A stretch of 63,318 nucleotides of DNA, counting the filler, from Octopus bimaculoides (lineage: Eukaryota), in assembly GCF_001194135.2 (NCBI RefSeq). It is 4 parts of 4 records of this genome, joined end to end, with 100 filler letters (N's around TTAATTAATTAA, not from the genome) between each part and the next. Parts side by side here need not be neighbours in the genome. Positions count along the whole stretch, not along the records: positions 24,888 to 55,977 come from NC_068991.1; 3 more parts are not named here. One strand, given 5' to 3'. The translations under genes were made by a program, and so were the position numbers. The notes below the pieces were generated by a model, which was given only the letters and a program-made list of their open reading frames with translations, did no database searches and was not told the origin of the DNA. Each line of letters starts with the position of its first letter. Position 1 is the first letter of the stretch. Positions 25,712 to 39,102 of this stretch are shown here, one piece after another.

Positions 25712-27052
25712 GAGGGGTGTCTGAAGAGTCTTGAACCATAAAAAAAAAAATATTGTACAAGACTTCTATTTTTTAACATAGTCCCCCTCAATGGCTGAAA
25801 AGTTTCTCCAGTGGTGCTGAAGCGACATTATCCCGGCGTAGAAGAACTCTTTTGTTTGGGACTCCAAGAAACTTCCTACAGCGTCTATGACGTCATTGTC
25901 ACTGGCAAAATGGCGACCAGCCANNNNNNNNNNNNNNNNNNNNNNNNNNNNNNNNNNNNNNNNNNNNNNNNNNNNNNNNNNNNNNNNNNNNNNNNNNNNN
26001 NNNNNNNNNNNNNNNNNNNNNNNNNNNNNNNNNNNNNNNNNNNNNNNNNNNNNNNNNNNNNNNNNNNNNNNNNNNNNNNNNNNNNNNNNNNNNNNNNNNN
26101 NNNNNNNNNNNNNNNNNNNNNNNNNNNNNNNNNNNNNNNNNNNNNNNNNNNNNNNNNNNNNNNNNNNNNNNNNNNNNNNNNNNNNNNNNNNNATGACCTT
26201 GCCAGCTGAAGGAATGACTCTGACCTTCTTTGGGGTAGGAGAAGATGTGTGCTTCCACTGCTTTGATTGTTCTTTGGTTTCAGGCTGGTAGTGATGGACC
26301 TCACTTTCGTCCATAGTAATGAAATGTGCAAGAAAATTCTCTTCATCAGCTTCAAACAATTCCAGATTGCTCGTGGACAAAGTACAGCTGGTGCGTTTCT
26401 GTTCAGGAGTCAAAAGGCGTGGAACCCACCTTGCAGAAACCTTTGAGAACCCAAGTTCTTTTGTCACAATGCTGTCTGCTCTTTCAGTTGAGATGCCCAG
26501 TCTCTTGGCTATCTGACGACATGATATTCGGTGATCTTGCATTATCATACCAAGAGCAAGGTCAAGGTTGTCCTTGGTGGTTGCAGTTGGAGNNNNNNNN
26601 NNTTGGCTATCTGACGACATGATATTCGGTGATCTTGCATTATCATACCAAGAGCAAGGTCAAGGTTGTCCTTGGTGGTTGCAGTTGGAGGTCCCCCTGG
26701 TCTTGGATCATCTTCCACACTCTCCCTGCCACGCTTGAATTCATTTACCCAACGTTTGACTGTTGCATATGAAGGAGCATTGTCTGTTAAGGTTCTCACC
26801 ACATCTTCATGAATTTCTGATGGAGTCATGCCTTTCAAATGCTTGTTCATTAAAAAATCTGCAACAAAAAAACTGACCCTAACTCGATTTGATGGAGGAA
26901 GTGAGCTTATATGTACACAAACATTTGATCGCTATAAACAAGTCATCTGTGTGGTTGTTCGTCAAGAAAATGAATTCTTTATTAGCCACTATGAGCTAAA
27001 CATAGAAGGACAATACAAGACAGACAAGGTGGGAGTCATACATGGACTCGTG
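25709..27052 (-). mobile_element. Near-full-length mariner transposon (about 1.3 kb)
   Basis: Ends are TA|CACGAG... and ...CTCGTG|TA (only the outer 6 bp of the TIR match well); transposase on the minus strand. Confidence 0.85.
25766..26850 (-). pseudogene. Mariner transposase (partly hidden by N gaps; canonical N-terminus not evident)
   Basis: HLKGMTPSEIHEDVVRTL..RWVNEFKRGRESVEDDPRPGGP (HTH), WVPRLLT linker, ITMDESEVHHY (first catalytic D), C-terminal GRHFASDNDVIDAV..IEGDYVKK*. Confidence 0.9.
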
Positions 27053-27544
27053 TATACAATTTTAACAATGGTAAACACGTTCGTTCGGCAGAAATTGGCA
27101 AACACTCATACGTCGTCTAACGATGGGAGAGTCCAATACATCCTGATGTGAAACCGTGTTTTGAAACAGATATTGTATGTCGGGACGGTCATTTTTTGCC
27201 AAATAAACACACACACTATATATTAGTTCTTCACTCGTTTATTACTGTTTTTACTCAAACTCATGTCCATTGTCCGGAAATCTTTCGTCACACATCTGTG
27301 AGCTCTTTAGCGACACTTTCCGTCCTCGTGTGTACTCCTGTTCCGCTTAGTCTATATATATATATATATATATATNNNNNNNNNNNNNNNNNNNNNNNNN
27401 NNNNNNNNNNNNNNNNNNNNNNNNNNNNNNNNNNNNNNNNNNNNNNNNNNNNNNNNNNNNNNNNNNNNNNNNNNNATATTCATACACATACACATACACA
27501 CACATGTATATACATATGTAAGTATGTATTTGTATGTCTGTGTT

Positions 27545-27695
27545 TTTCCCTCCATTATCGCTTGACAACCGATGTTAGTGTGTTCACGTTCCCGTAACCT
27601 ACCAGTACGGCAAAAGAGATCGATAGGGTTAATTTCTTCGAGTAAAGGCGGTGCTCCAGCATGGCCGCAGTCAAATGACTGAAACAAGTAAAGGA
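27545..27695 (+). mobile_element. SINE 3' part (second family)
   Basis: cgcttgacaaccgatgttagtgtg...ggcggtgctccagcatggccgcagtcaaatgactgaaacaagtaa; related pieces at 29495, 30400, 34150, 41100 and 51200. Confidence 0.75.
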
Positions 27696-27887
27696 ATATA
27701 TATATATATACATACAGACAGACAGACAGACAGACAGACAGATGGATAGATGGATAGATGGATAGATAGATAGATGGATAGATAGATTGATAGATAGATA
27801 GATAGACCAACACATCCAAATTTACAGGCAGAGGTACAGAGGCACACATAGACAGACACCCTCTCATACATACACGCACTCAAACGC

Positions 27888-27925
<38 letters not shown>

Positions 27926-28685
27926 TTAGGTACGCCGACATACACCTGCATCCACCTCCCACTCGTAAACATTCTCCACATACATACACGTACACAAATA
28001 TAAAAAACAACCCCAATACTCGAATACCTTAACCCAAACACATAAACCGACAGCCTACGAAACTAAATATAGCACCCAGGGTTGCGTTCAGTTTTCTTTT
28101 TGTTTTATTTTCGTTCTCTTTCTCATATCAAATTGTTCTGTTCTCTCTTGCACAACATATGCGGTCTCTATCAAGGACAGTAAAAGCGTAACACTCAGCT
28201 TTGCTTTTTTTTCTTTTTATTTCTCTACCTCTTCTTCTTCTGCTTCTTCTCCCACCATTACCGTGAACGTTAAGACTTTCCTTCGCATAGTCGACAAGGT
28301 AATATGGTATAGACACAACCCTTATAAGTACATTCCAACGTTCGTTCGTTCGACACACAGGAGAAACTGGATATTTTACGATTCGGTGTTGTTTCTGCAG
28401 GCATCGACATCTAGTGCCATGCATGTCTGCAGAGCTACCTACCTACCTTCCAATGCTTTACCTTGGCTTACCGTATCTAACCTTGCTTAAAGCAGAACAC
28501 CCGCACACCCATACATCCATCAACCTAAGCTATCTATCTATAGGCTGATTTTCTACTTCACAAAATTACATTCAACGTGCGCACACACGCACGCTCACAC
28601 ACATGCGCGCGTGCGCGCGGTCACATATATGAATATGTACTCACACACGCACTCGTGATATGTATATTCTTAAACAAGTCACAAA

Positions 28686-28755
28686 TGTGACTTCGAAGTT
28701 TCGGCCAGCTAAGTCATTGTAGGACACTCCGACGGTGGCTTAGCTGGTTGACACA
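28686..28755. ncRNA. Head-to-head pair of degenerate minimal hammerhead-ribozyme motifs
   Basis: Minus strand: GT-CCTACAA-T-GACTtagctGGCC-GAAA-CTtcgaAG-TC-ACA. Plus strand: CCGACGG-T-GGCTtagctGGTT-GACA-C. Confidence 0.55.
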
Positions 28756-28844
28756 GCACAAAAGTATAGAGTAACCCATCAGATTAGTGTAAAATTGTTT
28801 TTATTATAACTGAACATTAAAACAAACTTTAATATAGATATATA

Positions 28845-28935
28845 GATAGAGAGAGAGAAAAAGAAAGAGAGGGGAGAAAGAAAGAAAGGAAGAAAGAAAG
28901 AAAGCAAGAAAGAAAGAAAGAAAGAAAGGAAGGAA

Positions 28936-28992
<57 letters not shown>

Positions 28993-29015
28993 GGAGGAAG
29001 GAAGGAAGGAAGGAA

Positions 29016-29053
<38 letters not shown>

Positions 29054-29168
29054 GAGAAAGATAGAAAGAAAGGAAGGAAGGAAGGAAGGAAGGAAGGAAG
29101 GAAGGAAGGAAGGAAGGAAGGTAGAAAGAAAGNNNNNNNNNNGAAAGAAAGAAAGAATAAAAAGAAAA
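28845..29168. repeat. (GAAA/GGAA)n homopurine tract
   Basis: Direct reading. Confidence 0.95.
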
Positions 29169-29494
29169 TTGCTTCAAATGTAGGCACAAAGCCAACAATT
29201 TTGAGGGGATGCTTTGGTCGATACCATCATCCCTAGTAATTGACTGGTATTTAATTTTATTGATCTAGATGGATGGAAGGTAAAGTTTGAATAACGTCGG
29301 GGATTTCAACTTATCTTTCCTGGCGTCTATGACGTTTTTATAATTTTTCCTAATGTTTTTAATGATCGTTCCAGCTCGCCGCCTAACATAAATATATAAT
29401 AACCACTAAATAACAAAAAAAAAAAAAAGAAGCCAGGAACAACTATTACGAGAAAGCTTAATAGTAAAGTGGACTAACATCTGTGGTAACTTTT

Positions 29495-29749
29495 GGCATT
29501 GGACTGCGGCCATGCCGAGGTATCACCTTGAAGTGTTCAGTTGAATAAATCAAATCCACTATTTATTCTTTTAAGTCTTCTACCTGTTCTGTTGGTACCT
29601 TTTGCCGAACCTCTAAGTTTGAAGAATGTAAACTAGCCAACACCGTCGTAAAATAGTGGGGTGGGGGCAAACACAGACACAAAGACACACACGCACAAGT
29701 AAACTTACAGACGCACATTCACACACAGATGCATATAATATATATATAC

Positions 29750-29821
<72 letters not shown>

Positions 29822-29975
29822 GTATACCACTGGCTTCTGTAAAGTTTACGCCTAACATATTCGTTAATCAACCTAGGGCTATAATAGAAGACGCTTGATC
29901 AAAGTGCCATGCGGTCGGACTGAACCCAAAATCATGTGGTTACAAAGTGAGCTTCTTAACCACATAACCATGCCC
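29495..29975 (-). mobile_element. Composite tRNA-derived SINE with internal (TG)n
   Basis: Head gggcatggttatgtggttaagaagctcac...gggttcagtccgaccg on the minus strand; second-family tail. Confidence 0.75.
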
Positions 29976-30216
29976 GTGCTTATTTGGCAAGAAATTTTAA
30001 TTAAAACATCACCCTTAATTATCGCACCAGTCATTAGCTAAATGGCTAATTACTGTAAAAAAAAAAGGACAAAGGAAACAACCTCGACATTTAAAATAAG
30101 AAAAATTACTGTAATATAGAGTGCAGTAAAGAGTGAATCTGACTTTAGCTATACTTAGCTGAAGAGTTGTATTTAAGTCGAAACGTGCCGTAAATTGTCA
30201 CTACAGTTCTTCTCTT

Positions 30217-30251
<35 letters not shown>

Positions 30252-31544
30252 ATCTCTCTCTCTCTCTCTCTCTCCCTCTCTCTCTCTCTCCATCTCTCTT
30301 TCTCTGTCTCTCTTTTTCCCATACCTCTCTCTGTTCCAACGTTAGATTATGCGGTGACAAAACCATTTGCAAGTCTGTCACAATCTTAGAATAATTTACG
30401 TACCATAACGCAACGGTTCAGCAAAAGGAACCGAAGAAACATGCACCAGGCTTAAAAATTAGTTTCAGAGAGATTTCTTTGACTACACTATTCAAGGCAA
30501 TACTCCATTATGCCTTCAGTCAAGTGAGTGAAACAAGTAAAAGATAAAACACACACANNNNNNNNNNNNNNNNNNNNNNNNNNNNNNNNNNNNNNNNNNN
30601 NNNNNNNNNNNNNNNNNNNNNNNNNNNNNNNNNNNNNNNNNNNNNNNNNNNNNNNNNNNNNNNNNNNNNNNNNNNNNNNNNNNNNNNNNNNNNNNNNNNN
30701 NNNNNNNNNNNNNNNNNNNNNNNNNNNNNNNNNNNNNNNNNNNNNNNNNNNNNNNNNNNNNNNNNNNNNNNNNNNNNNNNNNNNNNNNNNNNNNNNNNNN
30801 NNNNNNNNNNNNNNNNNNNNNNNNNNNNNNNNNNNNNNNNNNNNNNNNNNNNNNNNNNNNNNNNNNNNNNNNNNNNNNNNNNNNNNNNNNNNNNNNNNNN
30901 NNNNNNNNNNNNNNNNNNNNNNNNNNNNNNNNNNNNNNNNNNNNNNNNNNNNNNNNNNNNNNNNNNNNNNNNNNNNNNNNNNNNNNNNNNNNNNNNNNNN
31001 NNNNNNNNNNNNNNNNNNNNNNNNNNNNNNNNNNNNNNNNNNNNNNNNNNNNNNNNNNNNNNNNNNNNNNNNNNNNNNNNNNNNNNNNNNNNNNNNNNNN
31101 NNNNNNNNNNNNNNNNNNNNNNNNNNNNNNNNNNNNNNNNNNNNNNNNNNNNNNNNNNNNNNNNNNNNNNTATATATATATTATTGAGAGAGAGAGAGAG
31201 AGAGTGATACCTTGAATTGTTTCTTATTCAGTTAGTCTCCATATTATATTACGTTATATCATTCTAAACCTAATTCATGGAGTACTCTAATAAATAACTT
31301 CTTCAAGATGAATTCCTGGTTCATTTTAAGAAATATTTACACTGATAGCTCTGATTCGAGTTCAACATATATGTCCTCAATTACTCTACACTTATTGTTT
31401 AACTCATCGCTATCACAGATAAAAATACCGCGAAGAATCAACCGAATTTTGCTTCCTAGTTGCATGTTGTTTTGTTGTGACGAGTGTTTTGTAAGATGTG
31501 TGGATCCATTTTCGAGAAACACAATTATTCACTCCGCCTCCCTG

Positions 31545-31700
31545 TCGACGTGGTAATATACATGTTGTCTTCGTAACATGGTTCCGGGTTCAGTCACACT
31601 GCGTGGCAGCTTGACAAGTATCTGCTACTATAGACTTGGGCCGACCAAAGGTTTGTGAGTAGATGTGGTAGACGGAAACTGAAAGAAGCACGTCGTATAT
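31545..31700 (+). mobile_element. tRNA-derived SINE head and core
   Basis: catggttccgggttcagtcacactgcgtggcagc...ggccgaccaaaggtttgtgagtagat. Confidence 0.75.
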
Positions 31701-33870
31701 AAATACATACATACATACATATATATATATATATATGTATATATNNNNNNNNNNNNNNNNNNNNNNNNNNNNNNNNNNNNNNNNNNNNNNNNNNNNNNNN
31801 NNNNNNNNNNNNNNNNNNNNNNNNNNNNNNNNNNNNNNNNNNNNNNNNNNNNNNNNNNNNNNNNNNNNNNNNNNNNNNNNNNNNNNNNNNNNNNNNNNNN
31901 NNNNNNNNNNNNNNNNNNNNNNNNNNNNNNNNNNNNNNNNNNNNNNNNNNNNNNNNNNNNNNNNNNNNNNNNNNNNNNNNNNNNNNNNNNNNNNNNNNNN
32001 NNNNNNNNNNNNNNNNNNNNNNNGTCCAAATTTGACCAAATACGTTTTGTTTTTCAATCATTCAACTACTACCGTAGTTGAATAATATTCTTGAGGCCGC
32101 AATTTACTCACACGCAGCATTTTTCAGATCTTGTCGCTAATTCAGTTGTTAACCAAATTGAAAACTGTTAACATTTTTGAAGAGGACTGGTCCCTAGCTA
32201 CATTTTGGCATTAAAAAATTGAGATTGGCCCAACAGAAAAAAGTTGACATCAAAATTTGTAGCAACGTTGTAGGAGAGTAAGTAACGCCTCCAATCAAGT
32301 TTAGATCTAAATAACTTTTTTTTTATTTTAAAAGCATAATATATTTATCTTAGCTTCAATGATAGAAGAAAGCATGACGAACCTCGTACTTTTGGTCCCA
32401 TGCAACAAAATTTTGTATAAAAACAGTTGTGAGGTAAAATATCATGAAAAAAATATGAGGTAAAAAATTCGATTTAAGTATAATTAACTTTTTTATTTCA
32501 AAAACAAACTATATTTTAATTAAGCTTAAATGATAGAGCTTAATTCGAGAAATTTCATGGTATCAATCTCATGCAATGAAGTTTTAAAAGAAAGAAGTTG
32601 TGAGTGTTTGTTTTCAAATTTGAGGGTGATAATATAGTTCTATACTTTTTTTATGAATATAGTTCTATAAGGGACTAATATGTCACCGGCATCATTGAGG
32701 TAAGGAAAAATGTATCAATGACATCGCTAAGTTGCAATTTGTTTAATTACATCATCTGTATTAATGCAATTATATCATAAAAATGAAAAAAGTTTAAATA
32801 TTACATAGAAATTTTGACAATAGCCAAGCCATTTTGGCAATCTTTCGTTTTAACTCGAAGGCGTGTGCGCACAGCTCAGCTGTTACCTTATGGTGTTCTG
32901 TAAATTCCGTAAAAAAACTTTATTTTTGTGAATGGAAATGTACATTTTGTTTGAAGTCAGCATAAAATGAAAGAGAGAGGAAATGGATATGGATGTTTGT
33001 ATATGTTGATAGAGGGATGCGAGACAGAAAGTATGTGTTGTGTGTGTATGCGAGAGAGAGAGAATGGGAGACAGATAGAGGGAAACAGAGAGACAGAGAC
33101 AGAGACAGACAGTGACAGCGTACATTTTTAAAATTTATTTTTCTCCCATCTTTTTTCAGTGATTGTGTGAGTGATTGACCGAGAAATAGAGNNNNNNNNN
33201 NNNNNNNNNNNNNNNNNNNNNNNNNNNNNNNNNNNNNNNNNNNNNNNNNNNNNNNNNNNNNNNNNNNNNNNNNNNNNNNNNNNNNNNNNNNNNNNNNNNN
33301 NNNNNNNNNNNNNNNNNNNNNNNNNNNNNNNNNNNNNNNNNNNNNNNNNNNNNNNNNNNNNNNNNNNNNNNNNNNNNNNNNNNNNNNNNNNNNNNNNNNN
33401 NNNNNNNNNNNNNNNNNNNNNNNNNNNNNNNNNNNNNNNNNNNNNNNNNNNNNNNNNNNNNNNNNNNNNNNNNNNNNNNNNNNNNNNNNNNNNNNNNNNN
33501 NNNNNNNNNNNNNNNNNNNNNNNNNNNNNNNNNNNNNNNNNNNNNNNNNNNNNNNNNNNNNNNNNNNNNNNNNNNNNNNNNNNNNNNNNNNNNNNNNNNN
33601 NNNNNNNNNNNNNNNNNNNNNNNNNNNNNNNNNNNNNNNNNNNNNNNNNNNNNNNNNNNNNNNNNNNNNNNNNNNNNNNNNNNNNNNNNNNNNNNNNNNN
33701 NNNNNNNNNNNNNNNNNNNNNNNNNNNNNNNNNNNNNNNNNNNNNNNNNNNNNNNNNNNNNNNNNNNNNNNNNNNNNNNNNNNNNNNNNNNNNNNNNNNN
33801 NNNNNNNNNNNNNNNNNNNNNNNNNNNNNAAAACTACGGTATCACTCTCTCTTTCTCTTTCTCTCTCTCT

Positions 33871-33931
<61 letters not shown>

Positions 33932-34966
33932 ACACATACACATGCATATAACACACATTTTTTATTTATTATTCAATTTTCAATAAGGTAAAATCTTAAA
34001 TTATTAATTGACACATTATTAATTAGCAAAATAGCATAGCCGGGAAAAAAACACGAAATACATGGAAAAATCGAGCAAGAGAAATAATATTCTTTAGATT
34101 ATAAACCTGGAAAATGCAGGGCAAGTTATTACACTTGGAAAAGTTCTGAGGTGGATTCATTCGACTAAAATTCCTCAAGGTAGTGCCCCAGCACGGCCGC
34201 AGTCTAATGACTGAAACAAATAAAAGATTAAAAAAATACGTACACATACACACAGACACATTTATACACGCACACACACATACATGCGTATGTATATATG
34301 CATGTATGTGTGTGTGTGCGTGTGTGTGCATTTATACACATATATATTATATTTCTCCATCTACTTCCTTCCCCTATCCAGGCCCTTTAATGAGTTCCTC
34401 ATAATAAACTCGATACCAACTTTTCGCTCCCTGACCGAATATGGATCGGTCGAGTCATCTGGCATTATCTCTTTTTTCTTCAGAACTTAATTATTACCTG
34501 TATTCACGTGATGAAAACGAGTTTTTTTTTTTTTGCATGATGTAGCACTTCTGTCCATCAATAAAAAGCACATCTGAATTAGCTGTAGTGAACCACAACC
34601 CATCTGTTGTTATTGTATTCATTGTTGCTATGATGCAAAAGTGTTGTATGTCCAAAATGTTGCTTTTCAGAAAATGAAAAGATAGTTTTACCATTCCATT
34701 TCTTTTTACATTAGCAACAGTTTCAGCTTAACAATAATACTTTGTTGGATGCATAAAATCGTATGCATGTATGATATTTTCAGTCAAGTTTTGCAAAAAT
34801 GCTAAACCGTTGTACAATTTTCATATCTTGGTATCTGAAGCAGCTGGAAATACAACAGTTTGACCAAAAGAACCGGCTATTGCAAGCAAAATAAATATTG
34901 AAAAAAACAAATTTGAACATACCACAGTTAAACATAATAACACGATATGCATATACATATATTTAG

Positions 34967-35070
34967 GCAGGGGTGGCGTGGTTGTGTGGTAAGAAATTCG
35001 CTTCTTAACCTCGGGCCGACCAAAGCCTTGTGAGTGGATTTAGTGGACGGAAACTGAAAGATGCCTGTCG
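34967..35070 (+). mobile_element. Internally deleted SINE head and core
   Basis: gcgtggttgtgtggtaagaaattcgcttc joined directly to ctcgggccgaccaaagccttgtgagtggat. Confidence 0.7.
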
Positions 35071-35099
35071 TGTGTGTGTGTGGAGGGGGGGAGTGAATT

Positions 35100-35640
35100 G
35101 CAAGATTTCAAAGAAGTACAAAACAATAATCTCCTTCAAAGTACGTTCGTCTGACTTCAATTCAATGCACTTGTAGCGCTCAGCCATTTCATGAAGGCCC
35201 ACAGGAGTCCACTAAAGTGAAGGTATTGTCTCACAGCCTCCTTCATTTTCTCCTTCAGGTTGGGGAACAACTAAAATTTACTGGAAGCAAGGTCTGAACT
35301 TGTATGGAAGGTAAGGGACAGTTTTGATTCCCATCAAAATCGAATTGTAGACTTGTGTATTGTCTTGGTGCTAGTGCTCTGGGCTTTTTTGACGAGATCT
35401 CTTCCGGAACTTCCTCAAAACATCTACAAAGTACACTTTGCTGACTGTCTGGCGAAAGAGAACCCAACCATAAGTTTGTGTTGTATTTTTTTGCCAAGTT
35501 TTATACAAAATTTTATTGTATAGCTAACTGCCAAATTATCTTCACGTCCCAACTGTATTCTGCAAACTATTCGTGTGTGACAAGTAGTGTTTAGTAGGGT
35601 GTGTTCAAAGTGCTGTAACAGATATCTCTTCAATCTGGAA
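35100..35640 (-). mobile_element. Internally deleted mariner relic
   Basis: N-terminal SYTIKFCIKLGKK and C-terminal KMKEAV...AFMKWL / ERYKCIELK fragments. Confidence 0.65.
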
Positions 35641-36110
35641 TAACAAAAGTTGGCAGCTATGTTTATTAGATGTAGAGTAACAATATATTAACATTATAAT
35701 AATCTAGCACAGTTATAAGTGCCTCTCCTAAAAAAAGTCTCAAAGCTTCTGGAATGTACTTCGTGCGCACGCGCGCACGGGTGTTTGTATGTGTGTGTTT
35801 GTGTGTTTGTGTGTGAGTGTGCGCGTGCGCCCGCACTAGATAGTGGGAAGGAGAGAGAGAGAGAACACAATAGATTTAGAGTTAATGTGCACTCTCATGA
35901 TCACGAGTCACGACTCGTATGTTAAAACTTCACAACTGCTTGCAATATGGTCATTTCGAACGACTGAACACGTCATACCTTTACAAGCTCACAGTTAGGA
36001 GGTCAGTTGTGGGAAGGGCATTGATTTGTGAAAATAAACACTGCAGCAGTATGTAAACATCCAACATTGCCAAACATTCCAAACATGCTAGCACCACCTC
36101 GCTCTCCACC

Positions 36111-36161
<51 letters not shown>

Positions 36162-36372
36162 CAGGACTTACAAATATATATAACATACAGAAAATTGCAC
36201 TACTGAGCACTGCACACATCCTACGCAAAACACTTTCAATACAGTAACCATAGGAGCATCACAGCAAACCACAGCACATACCCAAGGCACACAGAGCTGC
36301 GCTCGGTAGTGAAGTCAAAGANNNNNNNNNNNNNNNNNNNNNNNNNNNNNNNNNNNNNNNNNGCTCTCCACC

Positions 36373-36423
<51 letters not shown>

Positions 36424-36609
36424 CAGGACTTACAAATATATATAACATACAGAAAATTGCACTACTGAGCACTGCACACATCCTACGCAAAACACTTTCA
36501 ATACAGTAACCATAGGAGCATCACAGCAAACCACAGCACATACCCAAGGCACACAGAGCTGCGCTCGGTAGTGAAGTCAAAGAACGTTATAAAAATAGAT
36601 AATAATAAT

Positions 36610-36665
<56 letters not shown>
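36111..36665 (+). mobile_element. Short 3' end of an RLE LINE embedded in (AAT)n, shown twice across a gap
   Basis: GLTNIYNIQKIALLSTAHILRKTLSIQ* plus 3'UTR, same family as 56078-56420; the two copies are identical around a 40-N gap. Confidence 0.75.
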
Positions 36666-36667
<2 letters not shown>

Positions 36668-37104
36668 CAATCAAACAAACAAAGCGATTTTATTAAGAGC
36701 CGAATCACGCCATTTAGAGCCTGTTCAAATAGTTATATGTTATAAGACTGTTTGGAGTTCACATTCAGTTATTGTAAGATTTGTGGAACTTGTGAATGAA
36801 CATCTGCGCATAGACACCGAGACACATTTACTCTTGCCTCCATGTGACTGTGTGGTTAAGAAAGTCACTTCACGACCACTTACATTCAGGTTCAAGCCTG
36901 CTGCACAGCACTATCCTTCAGCTAGTGTCTACTACTATAACTCTAAGCCAACCAGGGTTTTGTAAGTGAATTTAAGAGATACAAACTGTGCGCAAGCCCA
37001 TCGTATATATACATACATACATACATACATAATACATACATACATACACACACTCGCACACTTTATTGTTCAATAATAATAATAATAATAATCCTTTCTA
37101 GTGA

Positions 37105-37440
37105 AGGCGCATGGCTCAGTAGTTAGAGCGTCGAGCTTACGATCGAGAGGTTGTGAGTTCGAATCCCAGGCCGGGCTGCGTGTTGTGTTCTTGAGCAAGA
37201 CACTTTATTTCATGTTGCTCCAGTTCACTCAGCTGCAGAAATGAGTTGCGACGTCACAGGTGCCAAGCTGTATCGGCTTTTGCCTTTCCCTTGGATAACA
37301 CTGGTGGCGTGGAGAGGGGAGGCCGGTATGTATGGGCGACTGCTGGTCTTCCATAAACAACCTTGCTCGGACTTGTGCCTGTGAGGGTAACTTTCTAGGT
37401 GCAATCCCATGATCAGTCATGACCGAAGGGGGTCTCAGCA
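37105..37440 (+). mobile_element. Well-preserved tRNA-derived SINE (third family)
   Basis: A box TGGCTCAGTAGT, B box GTTCGAATCC, core ttgtgttcttgagcaagacactttatttc (Meta/V-SINE-like); related copy at 54866-55068. Confidence 0.85.
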
Positions 37441-37956
37441 ATCNNNNNNNNNNNNNNNNNNNNNNNNNNNNNNNNNNNNNNNNNNNNNNNNNNNNNNNNN
37501 NNNNNNNNNNNNNNNNNNNNNNNNNNNNNNNNNNNNNNNNNNNNNNNNNNNNNNNNNNNNNNNNNNNNNNNNNNNNNNNNNNNNNNNNNNNNNNNNNNNN
37601 NNNNNNNNNNNNNNNNNNNNNNNNNNNNNNNNNNNNNNNNNNNNNNNNNNNNNNNNNNNNNNNNNNNNNNNNNNNNNNNNNNNNNNNNNNNNNNNNNNNN
37701 NNNNNNNNNNNNNNNNNNNNNNNNNNNNNNNNNNNNNNNNNNNNNNNNNNNNNNNNNNNNNNNNNNNNNNNNNNNNNNNNNNNNNNNNNNNNNNNNNNNN
37801 NNNNNNNNNNNNNNNNNNNNNNNNNNNNNNNNNNNNNNNNNNNNNNNNNNNNNNNNNNNNNNNNNNNNNNNNNNNNNNNNNNNNNNNNNNNNNNNNNNNN
37901 NNNNNNNNNNNNNNNNNNNNNNNNNNNNNNNNNNNNNNNNNNNNNNNNNNNNNNNN

Positions 37957-38001
<45 letters not shown>

Positions 38002-38529
38002 TCGTTGTTGAGGTAGTAAACTAGTCATAGATTTTATTTATTTGGAATTACCCAATTCCTGTTCTATATTTAGACAACCTACAAAATGCAAAATAAAATG
38101 TCACCACCTGCTGTTGTTAAAATCTTCACTATCTATAGGCTTATAACCACACAGCCATCCCACTCCAAAAACCATGTGCGTAGGTGAAGATTTAGCGATC
38201 GTGCAATACTATATATTAAACTCATGTAACTAGGGCAGCATTAGTGTAACCAGATACTTCAGAGTGAAGCACTAGAGAGAAATCCATAACGTATAGGATC
38301 GGAAGTAGAGGGTGTTCATCGATTTATTACGTAGACGCTCCGTTTTATTCTGACGATATTGGTTAGTTAAAATGAATTTAACGCCTGATTGAACGTTTTG
38401 AGTAACTGACAGGTGCGTAGGAGGAACAATTCCTTAACGCTTCGCTGAATATCAAGTATATCGGACGTCCCCGTTTGGTGGGGTCGGTATTATGAGGGAT
38501 GGCCATTGTTTTATACATCAACTGAGAGA

Positions 38530-38569
<40 letters not shown>

Positions 38570-38634
38570 TCACTTCCAAACTGTCTTGTTTTCATGTTNN
38601 NNNNNNNNACAGACAAACAGACAGACAGATAGAT

Positions 38635-38689
<55 letters not shown>

Positions 38690-38714
38690 GACAACGACAG
38701 AGACAGAGACAGAG

Positions 38715-39030
38715 CGAGGCGTAAGTTCGTTGAAAAGTGGTTGAATGTGGCAAGAATGGCCCGCGTGAATGGGGCTAGTCTAAATGTGTGCCTGTAGGCC
38801 GGATGGAAAGGAGAAGAGAGGGTGCCTTCCTGAAGGGCCTTTGGTGTTAAAGAATCCAAAGTGCCTGACGTCTCTCTGATCACCTTACGGTGGAACTATC
38901 CCCTATTGGGGAAACATATTATTGAGTTAATCTCTTTGTTAATCGTTTGCTTGTTGTTTACACGTTTAACCTTACGGCCCCTCATCTGTGTATCGTCCTC
39001 TATGACTTTTGTTCGGCCCTGGTGGCCACC
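38715..39030 (+). mobile_element. 3' end of an L1/Tx1-like LINE with 3'UTR
   Basis: KFVEKWLNVARMARVNGASLNVCL* followed by UTR-like sequence ending at (TTA)n. Confidence 0.4.
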
Positions 39031-39036
39031 TAAGAA

Positions 39037-39102
<66 letters not shown>

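Noticed and set aside
26493-26692. Apparent tandem duplications around short N gaps (also 36100-36600 and 58540-58680)
   Set aside because: Identical sequence on both sides of small gaps indicates unmerged contig overlaps, not biology.
30138-30195. CTGAAGAG...CGAAAC gtgcc GTA hammerhead-like string
   Set aside because: Helix II and helix I do not pair.
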